Below, one piece after another: positions 31,876 to 42,339 of a DNA stretch of 64,000 nt. The translations under genes and the position numbers were made by a program. The notes beneath the pieces were generated by a model. It was not told the DNA's origin and made no database searches. It was given only the letters and a program-made list of their open reading frames with translations. The DNA comes from Longimicrobiales bacterium (GTDB taxonomy: Bacteria > Gemmatimonadota > Gemmatimonadetes > Longimicrobiales > Gaopeijiaceae), in contig CBDCNQ010000004.1 of assembly GCA_965219445.1 (NCBI GenBank), positions 736,001 through 800,000 of the forward strand. The letters run 5' to 3'. Position 1 is the stretch's first letter, and every line of letters begins with the position of its first letter.

Positions 31876-32943
31876 ATGGCAAGGAAGAGAAGCCTCGTTG
31901 TCGGACGGTGGGCATGCGTCATGCTAGCGGCCGTGGTGTTTGGTCCGGCGTTGCATGCACAAGTGACCGTGCCGCAGTACGAGGTCGACCTGTCCTGGCC
32001 GAAACCCCTTCCAGATCGTTGGGTTCTTGGAGGGTTGGCGGACGTGTGCGTAGACGCGCAGGACCACGTGTTCATCCTCAATCGCCAAGATGTGCTCGAA
32101 GTGAATTTGAACGCCGGATCCCTAGCTCCGTCTATCATTGAGTTTGACCCGGCTGGCAACGTGGTCAACTCCTGGGGCGACCCGGAGCTACTGGACCCGC
32201 GCTTGCACGGCTGTCACGTCGACAAAGACAACAACGTGTGGATCGTCAGTGCACCGTCCGGTATGGTGCAGAAATACTCTCATGACGGCGATCTCCTGTT
32301 TCAGATCGGAACGAAGGGTGTGTTCGATACCTCGGACGGCACGGCCCGTGGGAGACCTCTGAATTCGGACGCGGCGCGGTTCTTAACGCCCGCGAGCGTC
32401 TACACGGATCCAGAAAACGGAGATGTCTACGTGGCCGACGGAGAAGCACGAGGGCGGAACAGACGCATCGCAGTGATGGATCGCGAGGGCCGGTTTCTCC
32501 GCCAGTGGCGGCCTGAGGGCATGGAAAACATCCACTGTATGACAGGAGCCAGGGATGGCTTGGTCTACGTGTGCAACCGCTACAACTCCAGGTTTCAAGT
32601 ATACGATCAACGTGGGAGGTTCATCAGGAACATCGAAGTGCCGTGGCGACCATACACGCCACCGGCAGATGGTGTAGCGAGGCAGACCGAGGGCTCGGCT
32701 GTGTCGCTGGCCCTTTCTCGAGATCCGAACGAGACGCGAATGTATGTCATCAATCAAGACAACGCCCGAGTTGAGATTATCGATAGGCAGACCGGACGGA
32801 TTCTGTCGAATTTTGGCGGCGGTATGGGGCATTTTCCGGGTCAGTTTGATCAGCCTCACGGCATCGCCGTGGACTCAGAGGGAAGCGTGTACGTCACCGA
32901 AAACCGGGGCAGGAGAATTCAGAGGTTCACTATTGTTCGATGA
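31876..32943 (+). CDS. Secreted NHL-repeat beta-propeller (peptidylamidoglycolate lyase-like)
   Basis: Signal peptide; YEVDLSWPKPLP, HGCHVD, VYVADG, GQFDQPHGIAVDSEG. Confidence 0.82.
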   Translation: MARKRSLVVGRWACVMLAAVVFGPALHAQVTVPQYEVDLSWPKPLPDRWVLGGLADVCVDAQDHVFILNRQDVLEVNLNAGSLAPSIIEFDPAGNVVNSWGDPELLDPRLHGCHVDKDNNVWIVSAPSGMVQKYSHDGDLLFQIGTKGVFDTSDGTARGRPLNSDAARFLTPASVYTDPENGDVYVADGEARGRNRRIAVMDREGRFLRQWRPEGMENIHCMTGARDGLVYVCNRYNSRFQVYDQRGRFIRNIEVPWRPYTPPADGVARQTEGSAVSLALSRDPNETRMYVINQDNARVEIIDRQTGRILSNFGGGMGHFPGQFDQPHGIAVDSEGSVYVTENRGRRIQRFTIVR

Positions 32944-32962
32944 CTGTGAACGGGAGGGTGAG

Positions 32963-34185
32963 CTACGTGGACATTCCCCGTGCAGCGATCCGCCAGACGG
33001 CCTCGACCCGGTCATTTCGAACCGCGTACATCTGGTCGTAGAGGTTCACCACCGGATCGCAGTGCGACACGATCAGCTCGAGCTTGTCTCCGACCCGGTG
33101 TGTCCTTGAGGGGTCGTCATAGCGGAGCGACCCGAACTCGTCCGAGCCGGACCGATAGGTCATCCCCGTCTCGCCTTTGACAATCGGCCATGGTTGATTG
33201 ATCGTGCACGCCTTGGCGCCTGCATCCGTCGTGACCCCTCCTACGTACTGGTCGTTGAGCACCGTCGTGAGGATGGTCAGAGAAGGCTGAAAGTCTGAAT
33301 ACACGACGGCGTCGGTCGCCCCGCCGATCGCCACATACTGGGCATCCATAAAGACGTAGCTGCCCACCTGGACGTCGGTGAGTCCCCGGGTCTCGTGGTC
33401 GATGTTGTAAGTACCGGTGCCGCCGCCACTGAAGATTTCCGTGTTCAGACCCGATCGCTGCATCAGGGCGTAGGTGTCGGTGGCTGGAACGAGTCGTTCG
33501 AGGGTCTGCGTCCTGCGGGCCTCGAACCCCTTCACATGTTGCGACCCTCCGTCGTAGCACAGCATCCCTCGCAGCCGGAGCCCGGGTAGCTGGTCAACCA
33601 GCCGGGCCAATTCGAGGGCCGGCTCCCCCGCGGTGATGCCGGTACGATGCCCCCCGAGTCGATATCGACCACGACATCGGCCACGATACCGGCGGCCTGC
33701 GCCGCCTCAGACAGATCGCGGGTGTTCCTGGGGGTGTCGGTGGCCTGGATGAACTCGGTGCACCATTTCCTCAGATTCATCGCCTGCGTGATCTTGAACG
33801 GTGTCACGTTGGTCGTCGTCATGAGAATCCGGTCGATGCCGTGCTCGTACATGCTTACCGCCTCGCTCACCTTGGCGGTGCATATGCCGACCGACCCGCT
33901 CTCTAGCTGCAGCCGAGCAATCGCTGGACACTTGTGGGTCTTCGCGTGAGGACGACTGGCGATGCCGTTCCGCGAGACCGTCTGCTGCATCGTGACCAAG
34001 TTGGCCTCGAGTGCATCGAGATCGACGCAGAGAGCCGGTGTGTCGAGCTCCCATTTCGAAATGTCCTGCTCCATCACACCGGCCGAGTCGAAGGAGCGCA
34101 CCTCTGCCGCCGTGTACCCCTTCACCGACGTCGGAACCCAAACGGCCGCCGCACCAGCTCCCTGCAAGAAGTGGCGGCGGGACAT
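32963..34185 (-). pseudogene. Tat-signal DSD1/D-threonine aldolase-family PLP enzyme, split by a homopolymer frameshift
   Basis: MSRRHFLQ Tat motif; LDTPALCVDLD, RPHAKTHKC; C-half SGGGTGT, QVGSYVFMD, SHCDPVVNL; one more C in C6 at 33650-33655 restores DSGGHRTGI. Confidence 0.82.
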
Positions 34186-34269
34186 GAACTCTCTGCTCAC
34201 GGGACCTCTCCACAAAGAAGGAATCGTACGGTTCGTCGGCTTACTCCCTTTCGAATCGAATGGTCTTGG

Positions 34270-35115
34270 CTATCTCCTCGCGAGCCCCTCGGTGAGCTCG
34301 ATGCGGGTCCCCACCGGATCGACGATGACGGCCCGTTTGACGCCGAGCCCTGACCGTTCCTGCAAGGGAACCTCAATCGTCGCGCCCTCACCCTCCAACC
34401 GCGCCAAGAGTCTCTCGAGTCCCTGAACCTCCAATCCGATGCGGTCGATCGCACGCCCATCGTTGGGAACGCGCCCCGTGCGCCCCGTCAGGAAGTCCAG
34501 TTCGGGGCCGGGGAATCCCGGACCACCGGGGAACTCGGCGGAGAAGAACTGCCGTCTCATGGAGGCCGTAGCCCCGAAGGTGTGTGCGTACCAAGCACGC
34601 AAGGCTTCGCCGTTTTCAACGAAGAAGTGAACGTGGTGAAGAGAAATCGGCATTCCGAGTTCGGGGGTGCCCGTAAACTCGATCTTCACCCCGTCCGGGA
34701 ACTCTACGGTGAGCTGCCTCAGCCGGTCGTTCTCCGATACGATGGCGATGTCCTCGTCGACGACGAGTCCCTTTACCGCGGCCAGATCGGGCACCAGGAA
34801 GCCGACGTGGTCCACGAACGCTCCGGCGGACCCGCCCGTAGGCTCTCCCTCGTTTACAACGAAGAGAAGGCCGGGGACCCCGATCACGTTCCTCAAGCCA
34901 AGGGATGTGGTCCGAGCACCGAACATCTCCCTCCAGAGTCTCTGGTGCTCGGCCGGTTCCCGTACCGTCAGGTGCACAGTCGCGAAAGAAATCCCGCTGT
35001 CGTTGGGTGCCGCGAGTTGAGCGGCAAGCGGCGTGAGGCCGGCCGCCGGCAGAAGGAGCAGCACAAGTGAGCTGAGAATCGCACGGGTTCCATTTTCTCT
35101 GAACGCTTCACGCAT
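34270..35115 (-). CDS. Exported VOC/glyoxalase-family protein
   Basis: Signal peptide; VHLTV, DHVGFLV, PDGVKIEF, HHVHFF, DPVGTRIELTE. Confidence 0.75.
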   Translation of the reverse strand: MREAFRENGTRAILSSLVLLLLPAAGLTPLAAQLAAPNDSGISFATVHLTVREPAEHQRLWREMFGARTTSLGLRNVIGVPGLLFVVNEGEPTGGSAGAFVDHVGFLVPDLAAVKGLVVDEDIAIVSENDRLRQLTVEFPDGVKIEFTGTPELGMPISLHHVHFFVENGEALRAWYAHTFGATASMRRQFFSAEFPGGPGFPGPELDFLTGRTGRVPNDGRAIDRIGLEVQGLERLLARLEGEGATIEVPLQERSGLGVKRAVIVDPVGTRIELTEGLARR

Positions 35116-35242
35116 TCCGACCTCCTGATCTCTACGGTTTCCCAACCGTGAGGAGAGCCCAAGGTGCGTTATCAGAGCGGGAGCGTCCACCCCCGCCCCG
35201 TTGGCCTCTTGGACCTTGGCAAGGTCTCCCTTCGGAACCGCC

Positions 35243-36511
35243 CTATTGTCGCTCCAGCGTCTCCGGCATACGCCAGGCCACTAGCAGGCCGGATAGACCC
35301 GTGAGAAGCGCCACCGTCACGATCGCTTCGCGCATCCCGAACGCATCCGCGAGCGTACCAGCCATCACACCGCCCACGGCATATCCGCTGTCCCGCCACA
35401 GCCGATAGACCCCGATGGCCGAGCCCCGCCAACTCGGGTGCGCGACATCCCCGACGGAGGCGAGGAGAGTGGGGTATACCATCGCCGAGCCGACCCCCAA
35501 CAGCGCAGCCGCTCCAAGCCACCCGGCGAATCCATCCGTCGTTGCGATGGCCCCCAGCGCCACCGCCTGGGTCAACATGCCCGCGGCGATCAACCGCTTG
35601 CGTCCCACGCGGTCGGACCAGGCGCCGGTCCACAACTGGAGAACACCCCAGGTGAAGGGATAGACAAAGCTCAGCAAACCGATGTCGGCCACACCGAGTC
35701 CCGAGGCCGCGAAAAACAACGGGAAGAGCCCCCAGGCAACTCCATCGTTCAGGTTGTTGACCAACCCGGCCTGGCTGGCGCTGGAGAGTGCGGGGTGCTT
35801 CCAGATCGTGAGCGCCAGAAGATCACGAGTGCTTAGCGCCGACTCCTGGTCGGGCCCGATCGGGCCGGCCTCGGTCCGAGCGTGTCCACGGGTTTCTCGC
35901 AGAAGGGCCGCGGACAGCCCCAGCCCAAGCGCGGCAAACGCGATCCCCAGGTAGAACGGCTCAGGCCGGAGCCCGAACGCCTGAGCGACATATCCGGTAG
36001 CCAGCGCCGACAGCGCGACCGCGGAATAACCGGCGAACTCGTTGAGGCCCATCGCCAGGCCCCGTTGCCTGGAGCCCGCGAGATCGATCATCATGATGAC
36101 AGTCATGGACCAGGCGAGTCCTTGATTGACGCCCAGCAAGACGTTCGCGGCAACGATCCAGCCCCACGACGGGGCCCACATGATCATGAACGGCACCGGA
36201 ATTCCCACGAGCCACCCGAGAACCAGGATGGGCTTTCGACCGTAGAGATCTCCCAACCGCCCCGCAAAGAAGTTCGTGGCGGCCTTGACCACCCCGAACG
36301 AAATCAGGAAAGAGAGCGTCGCACCGCGAGACGCCAGCCCGAACTCCTGCTCTGCGAGCAAGGGGAGAACCGTACGTTCCAGTCCTACCATGGCGCCCAC
36401 GAAGGCAACGATGGTCACCAGGAGCGAGGACTGCCCCCAGTTCAGGCCCAGCCCGAGCTCGACCGCACCCGATGGAGGCGCCGGCGATCCACGGGTGGGG
36501 TCGCGCGGCAT
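35243..36511 (-). CDS. MFS transporter
   Basis: About 12 TM segments; GRLGDLYGRK and SDRVGRKRL motif A. Confidence 0.9.
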   Translation of the reverse strand: MPRDPTRGSPAPPSGAVELGLGLNWGQSSLLVTIVAFVGAMVGLERTVLPLLAEQEFGLASRGATLSFLISFGVVKAATNFFAGRLGDLYGRKPILVLGWLVGIPVPFMIMWAPSWGWIVAANVLLGVNQGLAWSMTVIMMIDLAGSRQRGLAMGLNEFAGYSAVALSALATGYVAQAFGLRPEPFYLGIAFAALGLGLSAALLRETRGHARTEAGPIGPDQESALSTRDLLALTIWKHPALSSASQAGLVNNLNDGVAWGLFPLFFAASGLGVADIGLLSFVYPFTWGVLQLWTGAWSDRVGRKRLIAAGMLTQAVALGAIATTDGFAGWLGAAALLGVGSAMVYPTLLASVGDVAHPSWRGSAIGVYRLWRDSGYAVGGVMAGTLADAFGMREAIVTVALLTGLSGLLVAWRMPETLERQ

Positions 36512-36575
36512 TAAGGGCGAGCGGGATCCCGCCGAGCCTCGCTACGCCCGCCGCGGGAGAGACGGCCAGAACTCG

Positions 36576-37319
36576 TCATACCAGGGCAGGATCGAGCCCG
36601 AGGTTCGTCGCTCGGATTCGCGCAGCACCAGGCGGTGGAGCGGGGATCTCCTCGAGCATGAGCGCGACGAATTCCTCCTCGTTCTCGAGTGCGAACGCCC
36701 GGTTGTGCCGGCGCTCGAAGCCGATCGTCGAGCTGGGGTTCCCGCTGAGCCCACGACCGCACACCGACCCGGAGAACGCTCCGGGGAACACCCCGAGATG
36801 GTCGGGCAGTCTCCGTAGCTTCTCCGCACTTCGGAAGAGTGCCCTGGCCCCCTCTTGCGCCGAGGTCGCCAATTCCGTCCGACCCATGTCACTCACCATG
36901 AGTGTGTGACCCGTCAGCACCAGCCACGGCTCGTCGGCTCTAGCATGGTCGGTCACCACCAAGGAGATGTGCTCCGGCGTATGCCCCGGTGTATGGAGCA
37001 CCTCCACCTCGGTGTTTCCCATGTGCAGGACTTCGCCCTCCTCGACACCCCGGAATGCATAGGTGGCCTCCGTACCAGCGAAGACTACGTATTCGGCTCC
37101 AGCCGCCTCGGCAAGCTCACGGCCGTTCGAGACATGATCGGCGTGCATATGCGTGTCGATCACGTAACGAATTGGCACGTGCCCCTCCTCCGCCTCCTTC
37201 AGATAGCGCCCGATGTCTCCAAGGGGATCGACGACGGCCCCGATTTCCTCCGTCGGACATCCGAAGAGGTAGGACGCGGCGATCACCGGGTCCGTGTCCA
37301 GATATTGGCGAAAAAGCAT
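36576..37319 (-). CDS. MBL-fold metallo-hydrolase, persulfide dioxygenase-like
   Basis: SYLFGC, DTHMHADHVS, HTPGHTPEH, GSVCG, STIGFERRHN; start ATG 37319. Confidence 0.8.
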   Translation of the reverse strand: MLFRQYLDTDPVIAASYLFGCPTEEIGAVVDPLGDIGRYLKEAEEGHVPIRYVIDTHMHADHVSNGRELAEAAGAEYVVFAGTEATYAFRGVEEGEVLHMGNTEVEVLHTPGHTPEHISLVVTDHARADEPWLVLTGHTLMVSDMGRTELATSAQEGARALFRSAEKLRRLPDHLGVFPGAFSGSVCGRGLSGNPSSTIGFERRHNRAFALENEEEFVALMLEEIPAPPPGAARIRATNLGLDPALV

Positions 37320-37342
37320 GATTACCCCTTCTAAATCGTTGT

Positions 37343-38026
37343 CTAATCGTTGTTCTTGGGTGCGGAATCGACCGTAATCGGTAGGCCGCGTAGGGTCCAG
37401 TCCGGTATCCCGTCTTCCAGCCTCCGAGCCCGGAAGCCGCCCCTCCGGAGCACCTCGACCGCACGAACCGCGTAGATGCAGTACGGACCGCGGCAATAGG
37501 CTATGATCTCTCCGTCGTCGGGAAGCTCCGAGAAACGTTGCTCGATCTCCTCGTAGGGCATGGAGATCGCCCCAGGGATGTGTCCAGCGGCGTACTCATC
37601 CGGCGGGCGCACGTCGAGCACAATCACCTCTCCTGCACTCAACCTTTCGAGTAGCTCGGCGGAGTGAACGGCCTCGAGAACCTCGGGATCCCGGAAGTAC
37701 TCGTCGATGATCTCTCTCGCTTCGGCGAGTTGCCCCCCCGCGAGAGTCTGCAGGGAACGCACAAACTCATGGACATCCGAGCCGGCGAGCCGGTAAAAGA
37801 CGTGAGCCCCCTCCTTGCGACTGGACACCAGGGCCGCATGCCTGAGCCCCTTCAAGTGAGCACTCGTATTGCCAACCGTGAGGCCAGTCTGACGAGCGAG
37901 TCTCTCCACGGTCTTTTCCCCCTGCGCCAGGAGGTCCAGCAAGAGAAGCCGTGGCCGACTTCCAACCGCCTTTCCGACACGTGCGAAGTGCTCGAAAAGC
38001 TCGAGCTTGGCAGCTCTCAGTTCCAT
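37343..38026 (-). CDS. ArsR/SmtB regulator fused to a rhodanese domain
   Basis: RLLLLDLLAQGEKTVE..NTSAHL HTH; DVRPPDEYAAGHIPGA, YCRGPYC. Confidence 0.9.
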   Translation of the reverse strand: MELRAAKLELFEHFARVGKAVGSRPRLLLLDLLAQGEKTVERLARQTGLTVGNTSAHLKGLRHAALVSSRKEGAHVFYRLAGSDVHEFVRSLQTLAGGQLAEAREIIDEYFRDPEVLEAVHSAELLERLSAGEVIVLDVRPPDEYAAGHIPGAISMPYEEIEQRFSELPDDGEIIAYCRGPYCIYAVRAVEVLRRGGFRARRLEDGIPDWTLRGLPITVDSAPKNND

Positions 38027-38071
38027 GGCTCGTCGGGGCTCAGAAGTGAGTCCATAATCAGGATCTTCAGA

Positions 38072-38092
38072 ATTCTATAGAATATTAGAATA
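38072..38092. promoter_or_regulatory. AT-rich palindrome, candidate ArsR autoregulatory operator
   Basis: ATTCTATAGAAT perfect palindrome plus a further TAGAAT half-site, about 50 bp upstream of the ArsR start. Confidence 0.55.
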
Positions 38093-38139
38093 CTTCCTCG
38101 AGTCAACCCCTGCGAAGGTTCCTAACGATCTACGGGCGT

Positions 38140-39471
38140 CTAGTCGGTGGAGATGGGAAAGCCCCCCACAAGCCATCCGTGTGTGCCCCCGTTGATGCTG
38201 CGGACATCCCGGTACCCGAGGGAGGCCAGAAAGAGCGCGCCGGACAGAGACCGGTTTCCGGTCTGGCAGACCACCAGGATGGGTGCTTCATGATCTTCGG
38301 GAAGATGGGCAACGTAATCGCTCATCTGCTGGAGGGGCATGTTGACCGCCTCGGGAATGTGGCCCCCTCTGAACTCATCGAACTCACGCACGTCCACCAC
38401 GAGGGCGCTTCCATCCTCGGTCATTTCATATGCGGGCTCGACCTCGATGGTGAGCGCCGGCGCACCCCTCGTGTTCTCGATCAGGGTTTCCATCATGCGC
38501 TCATTCGGACTCGTGCCTCCGGCCACCCCCATTCCGGGAAAGTGCCTACCCATCGACGAGGCGTACTTGAAGGCGTTGTCGGGAAAGATCACTACTGCGA
38601 TCACTCCCGGCTCGTCCGGCACCAAGCGAAACGCACCGGCCAACGCCATGGCCGAGCTCGGACCCGCGATGATGCTCTCCTCCAGATTGAGGCGTTGGCA
38701 CAGCGCCCAGGCCTCTTCATCGGCGATCTCGACCAACTCGTCATACTCGTCAGGGCGAAACAGCTCCGTCTGTTGGAGCTGCCGAATGCTCCGCACGCCG
38801 GGAATGTCGTGTCCCTCCGCTGGGTGCACGCCCAGCACCTTGAGCTCCGGGTCTTGTTCCTTGAGGAAGCGCCCCGTGCCCGTGATGGTCCCACACGTGC
38901 CCAGACCGGCCACGAAGTGCGTGACCTTCCCCTCGGTCTGCTTCCAGATCTCCGGTCCCGTAGTCTTGTAGTGCGCCCCCGGGTTCGCCTCGTTCCGGTA
39001 CTGGTCCAGCATGTGAAAATCGGGCCGGTCGGCAAGTTCGTGTGCCTTGGCGATGGCCCCCTCCGGCGCGCCTGGCGCGGGGCACAAGTCGTCGTCCAGT
39101 TCGAGAACATCGGCCCCGAAGAACCGAAGCATGATCCGTTTCTCGAGGGGGATGGCCGAAGACAGGGGAGTAGTCAGCGAGTACCCCTTCGCATTGGAGA
39201 TCATGGCCAGGCCCATCCCAGTGTTTCCGGAGGTGGGCTCGACCAACTTCTGGCCAGGCTCGAGTATACCCCGCTCCTCGGCGTCCCCGATCAGATTCGC
39301 CGCAATCCGATCCTTTACGGCGCCGAACGGGTTGTACCACTCGAGCTTCCCGTAGACACGGGCATGTTCAAACGGAACCACGCGATTGATCCGGACCAGC
39401 GGTGTCGGATTATCCACATTGGAGAGAAGACCCTCCATCGAGTCATAGATTCTCAGTCGATGATCCGACAT
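38140..39471 (-). CDS. Cysteine synthase-family PLP enzyme fused to a C-terminal rhodanese
   Basis: KLEWYNPFGAVKDR, EPTSGNTG, GLGTCGT, GPSS; rhodanese DVRE..GHIP, VCQTGNRS. Confidence 0.88.
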   Translation of the reverse strand: MSDHRLRIYDSMEGLLSNVDNPTPLVRINRVVPFEHARVYGKLEWYNPFGAVKDRIAANLIGDAEERGILEPGQKLVEPTSGNTGMGLAMISNAKGYSLTTPLSSAIPLEKRIMLRFFGADVLELDDDLCPAPGAPEGAIAKAHELADRPDFHMLDQYRNEANPGAHYKTTGPEIWKQTEGKVTHFVAGLGTCGTITGTGRFLKEQDPELKVLGVHPAEGHDIPGVRSIRQLQQTELFRPDEYDELVEIADEEAWALCQRLNLEESIIAGPSSAMALAGAFRLVPDEPGVIAVVIFPDNAFKYASSMGRHFPGMGVAGGTSPNERMMETLIENTRGAPALTIEVEPAYEMTEDGSALVVDVREFDEFRGGHIPEAVNMPLQQMSDYVAHLPEDHEAPILVVCQTGNRSLSGALFLASLGYRDVRSINGGTHGWLVGGFPISTD

Positions 39472-39558
39472 GCGTCCTCCGTTCTCGATTCTCGCCCCCT
39501 AATTTCATTGATCGACCACGCGAGCGCCACTCTGCCGCCATCGTCGGGGATCGGGGCG

Positions 39559-40665
39559 TCAGGCTCGCCCAGAGACCTCGTGCACGCGATCGACCAGAAA
39601 CGCAACGGCGTCAGGTTCCGTCCTTCGCCCGATCCCATGGCCCAGGTTGAAGACGTGGCCAGGCGCCGCTCCAGCGTCTTCCAGCACTCGGTCGATCTGA
39701 CGGGCGAGTTCCTCCCGCGGTGCGAATAGTGCCGTCGGATCCAGGTTGCCCTGCACGGCGGTCTCGGGTCCCAGGATCCGGCGCGCGTCGGAGAGCGGTA
39801 GCCGCCAGTCGATCCCAACCACATCGGCACCGCACTCCCGTACGGTTTCCAGTAGTGTCGCCCCCTGGTTCGGAAAATAGATGAGGGGCACATCGAGGGA
39901 ACGAAGCGTGTCGATCACACGCCGTACAGCCGGGAAGGCAAACTCCCGGTACTGCTCCGGCCCGAGCAGCCCCGCCCACGAATCGAAGATCATCAGCGCC
40001 TTGGCCCCCGCAGCGGCCTGCGCCTCCAGATACCGAACCATCGTGTCGGCCAGCTTTCTGAGGAGCCGGTGGGATGCCTCGGGCTCTGCGAACAGAAAGG
40101 CCTTGGCTTCAGAGAAGGTCTTCGATCCCTCTCCCTGCACCAGATAGCAGAAGAGGGTGAACGGCGCTCCCGCAAAGCCGATGAGAGGGGCCGAGGCCGG
40201 AAGTGCCTCGCTGAGCAAGCGAACGGTCTCCAGCACGAAGGGCACGCCCTCTTCCGGATCGGGGACCCGAAGCGCCTCTACCTGTTCGAGGCTCCGGATG
40301 GGAGTCTCGATGATGGGCCCTGGCGCGAAGTCCAGCGTGACGCCCATCCCTTCCACCGGGGTCATGATGTCACTGAAGAGAATCGCCGCGTCCATCCCGA
40401 AGCGACGGACCGGCTGAAGTGTGACCTCTACCGCCAACTCGGGCGTTTTCGTGAGCGTGAGGAAGTCCACCTCTGCCCTGATCTTCCTATACTCCGGCAG
40501 ATAACGTCCGGCCTGACGCATGATCCACACCGGAGTGTACGCGACCGGCTCACACCGACATGCAGCCAGGAACGGGGACGCTTCGGACGAGGCCGACGGG
40601 GACGCTTCGGGCGAGGCCGACGGGTCCCCCTGGGCGGGCCGAGCCTCGCTGGCCTCACCCCTCAC
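39559..40665 (-). CDS. hemE: Uroporphyrinogen decarboxylase
   Basis: PVWIMRQAGRYLPEY, DAAILFSDI, IGFAGAPFT, FNLGHGI. Confidence 0.96.
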   Translation of the reverse strand: MRGEASEARPAQGDPSASPEASPSASSEASPFLAACRCEPVAYTPVWIMRQAGRYLPEYRKIRAEVDFLTLTKTPELAVEVTLQPVRRFGMDAAILFSDIMTPVEGMGVTLDFAPGPIIETPIRSLEQVEALRVPDPEEGVPFVLETVRLLSEALPASAPLIGFAGAPFTLFCYLVQGEGSKTFSEAKAFLFAEPEASHRLLRKLADTMVRYLEAQAAAGAKALMIFDSWAGLLGPEQYREFAFPAVRRVIDTLRSLDVPLIYFPNQGATLLETVRECGADVVGIDWRLPLSDARRILGPETAVQGNLDPTALFAPREELARQIDRVLEDAGAAPGHVFNLGHGIGRRTEPDAVAFLVDRVHEVSGRA

Positions 40666-40667
40666 AC

Positions 40668-41657
40668 TCAGGATGTCCCTCCGAGCACGCGCGCCGCGTC
40701 CTTCGCAAAGTACGTGAGAATGAGGTCGGCCCCCGCCCTTTTGATGGCGATCAGGCTCTCCATCATGACACCCTCTTCATCCACCCAGCCCTTATCGGCG
40801 GCCGCCTTGATCAGCGCGTACTCACCCGAGACCTGGTAGGCAGCGGTGGGCATTCCGAACGTTTCCTTTACGCGGAAAATGACATCGAGACAGGGCCCCG
40901 CGGGCTTGACCATGACCATGTCTGCCCCCTCTTCGATGTCCAACTCCACCTCGCGAAGCGCCTCGTCCGCGTTGGCCGGATCCATCTGGTATCCCTTCCG
41001 GTCGCCGAAGGCCGGAGCCGAGTGGGCGGCCTCGCGGAAGGGGCCGTAGAAGGCTGAAGCATACTTGGCGGCATACGAGACGATGGGCACGTTGCCAAGC
41101 CCCTCATCATCCAAGGCGGTCCGGATCGCCCCCACGCGGCCGTCCATCATATCGCTGGGTGCGACCGCATCGGCGCCCGCCTCGGCGTACGCCAGAGCGG
41201 CCCGGGCCAGGAGCGGAAGACTCGCGTCGCCATCCACCTCTCCATCCTCGGTGAGCAGCCCACAATGCCCGTGATCCGTGTATTCGCACAGGCACACGTC
41301 CGCCCACACCAACAGATCCGGAACGACCTCCTTGATCGCGCGGATCGCCGTCGGCACCAAGCCATCCGGGTCATATCCGGCAGAGCCATCCGCGTCCTTT
41401 TCACCCTCGTCCGGCACACCGAACAGGATCACCGCCGGGATACCGAACGTCTGGGCCGCCCGCGCCTCCTCCACGATCAGATCGACGGACAACTGGTCAA
41501 CGCCGGGCATGCTGGCCACCGGATTCCGTACGCCCTCCCCCCCGACGACGAATAGCGGATAGACCAAGTCGTCCACGGAGAGCGACGTCTCACGGACGGC
41601 GCGACGCCACGTCTCACCCCTCCGAAGACGGCGAAGCCGGAGCCTCGGAAAACTCAT
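40668..41657 (-). CDS. hemB: Porphobilinogen synthase
   Basis: [44 protein letters not shown]. Confidence 0.97.
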   Translation of the reverse strand: MSFPRLRLRRLRRGETWRRAVRETSLSVDDLVYPLFVVGGEGVRNPVASMPGVDQLSVDLIVEEARAAQTFGIPAVILFGVPDEGEKDADGSAGYDPDGLVPTAIRAIKEVVPDLLVWADVCLCEYTDHGHCGLLTEDGEVDGDASLPLLARAALAYAEAGADAVAPSDMMDGRVGAIRTALDDEGLGNVPIVSYAAKYASAFYGPFREAAHSAPAFGDRKGYQMDPANADEALREVELDIEEGADMVMVKPAGPCLDVIFRVKETFGMPTAAYQVSGEYALIKAAADKGWVDEEGVMMESLIAIKRAGADLILTYFAKDAARVLGGTS

Positions 41658-41720
41658 CGGGGGCTGAGCGACCCGATCGCGCTCATGTCGATCACCTTGA
41701 TGAACGCCGCGCGAAGGTAG

Positions 41721-42221
41721 TCATGCCCCCTTCCAGCCGTCGCTGGGGACATCGACGCGGTCGCCGCCCTCGGACTGCGCCTCCAAAAGAGTTTCCTTGA
41801 GCGCCATCAACATGTCACGTGCGGTCCCCTCGCCTTCCCCCCTGTGACTGGCCACGGCAGCAGTCACGGTCGTCTCCGTGCGCTTCTTGAAATCCGCGAG
41901 CGCATCCTGCATGCGATCCGTGAAAACCAGTCCTCCCTGGAGGTTACACAGGGGAAGCAGGCAAACGAACATGTCTTCACCGAAGCGGGCGATGACATCG
42001 CTGCTCCGCGTCACGCCTCTGAGCGTGGATCCCAAATCAGTCACGACCTGGTCCGGCTTCGGGTGGTCCACGGCCCAGGTCCCATCGTCGATTCGGAACA
42101 AGACCAGGGTCAAGGTCACGCCCCGGTGGGCGATTGGAAAAATGAAATCCAACACGATCTCGAAATGCCATTCACTGGAGAGGCCGGTCGCCGGATCTAC
42201 GAGCCGATCAACGTCTTGCAC
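41721..42221 (-). CDS. Degenerate stand-alone GGDEF-like domain protein
   Basis: DPATGL, RSSDVIARFGEDMF in place of GGDEF; GTG start after AGGAG. Confidence 0.65.
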   Translation of the reverse strand: MQDVDRLVDPATGLSSEWHFEIVLDFIFPIAHRGVTLTLVLFRIDDGTWAVDHPKPDQVVTDLGSTLRGVTRSSDVIARFGEDMFVCLLPLCNLQGGLVFTDRMQDALADFKKRTETTVTAAVASHRGEGEGTARDMLMALKETLLEAQSEGGDRVDVPSDGWKGA

Positions 42222-42339
42222 GAATGTCTCCTGTTCATGGTGCGCGTCTTCCGAAGGGGCACAACATGCTCTCTTTGCGGTGTTGGGGACAACCGTAGAG
42301 TGAGCCGAACCCGCGACGCAGGTAGAACACCTAGCAAAC

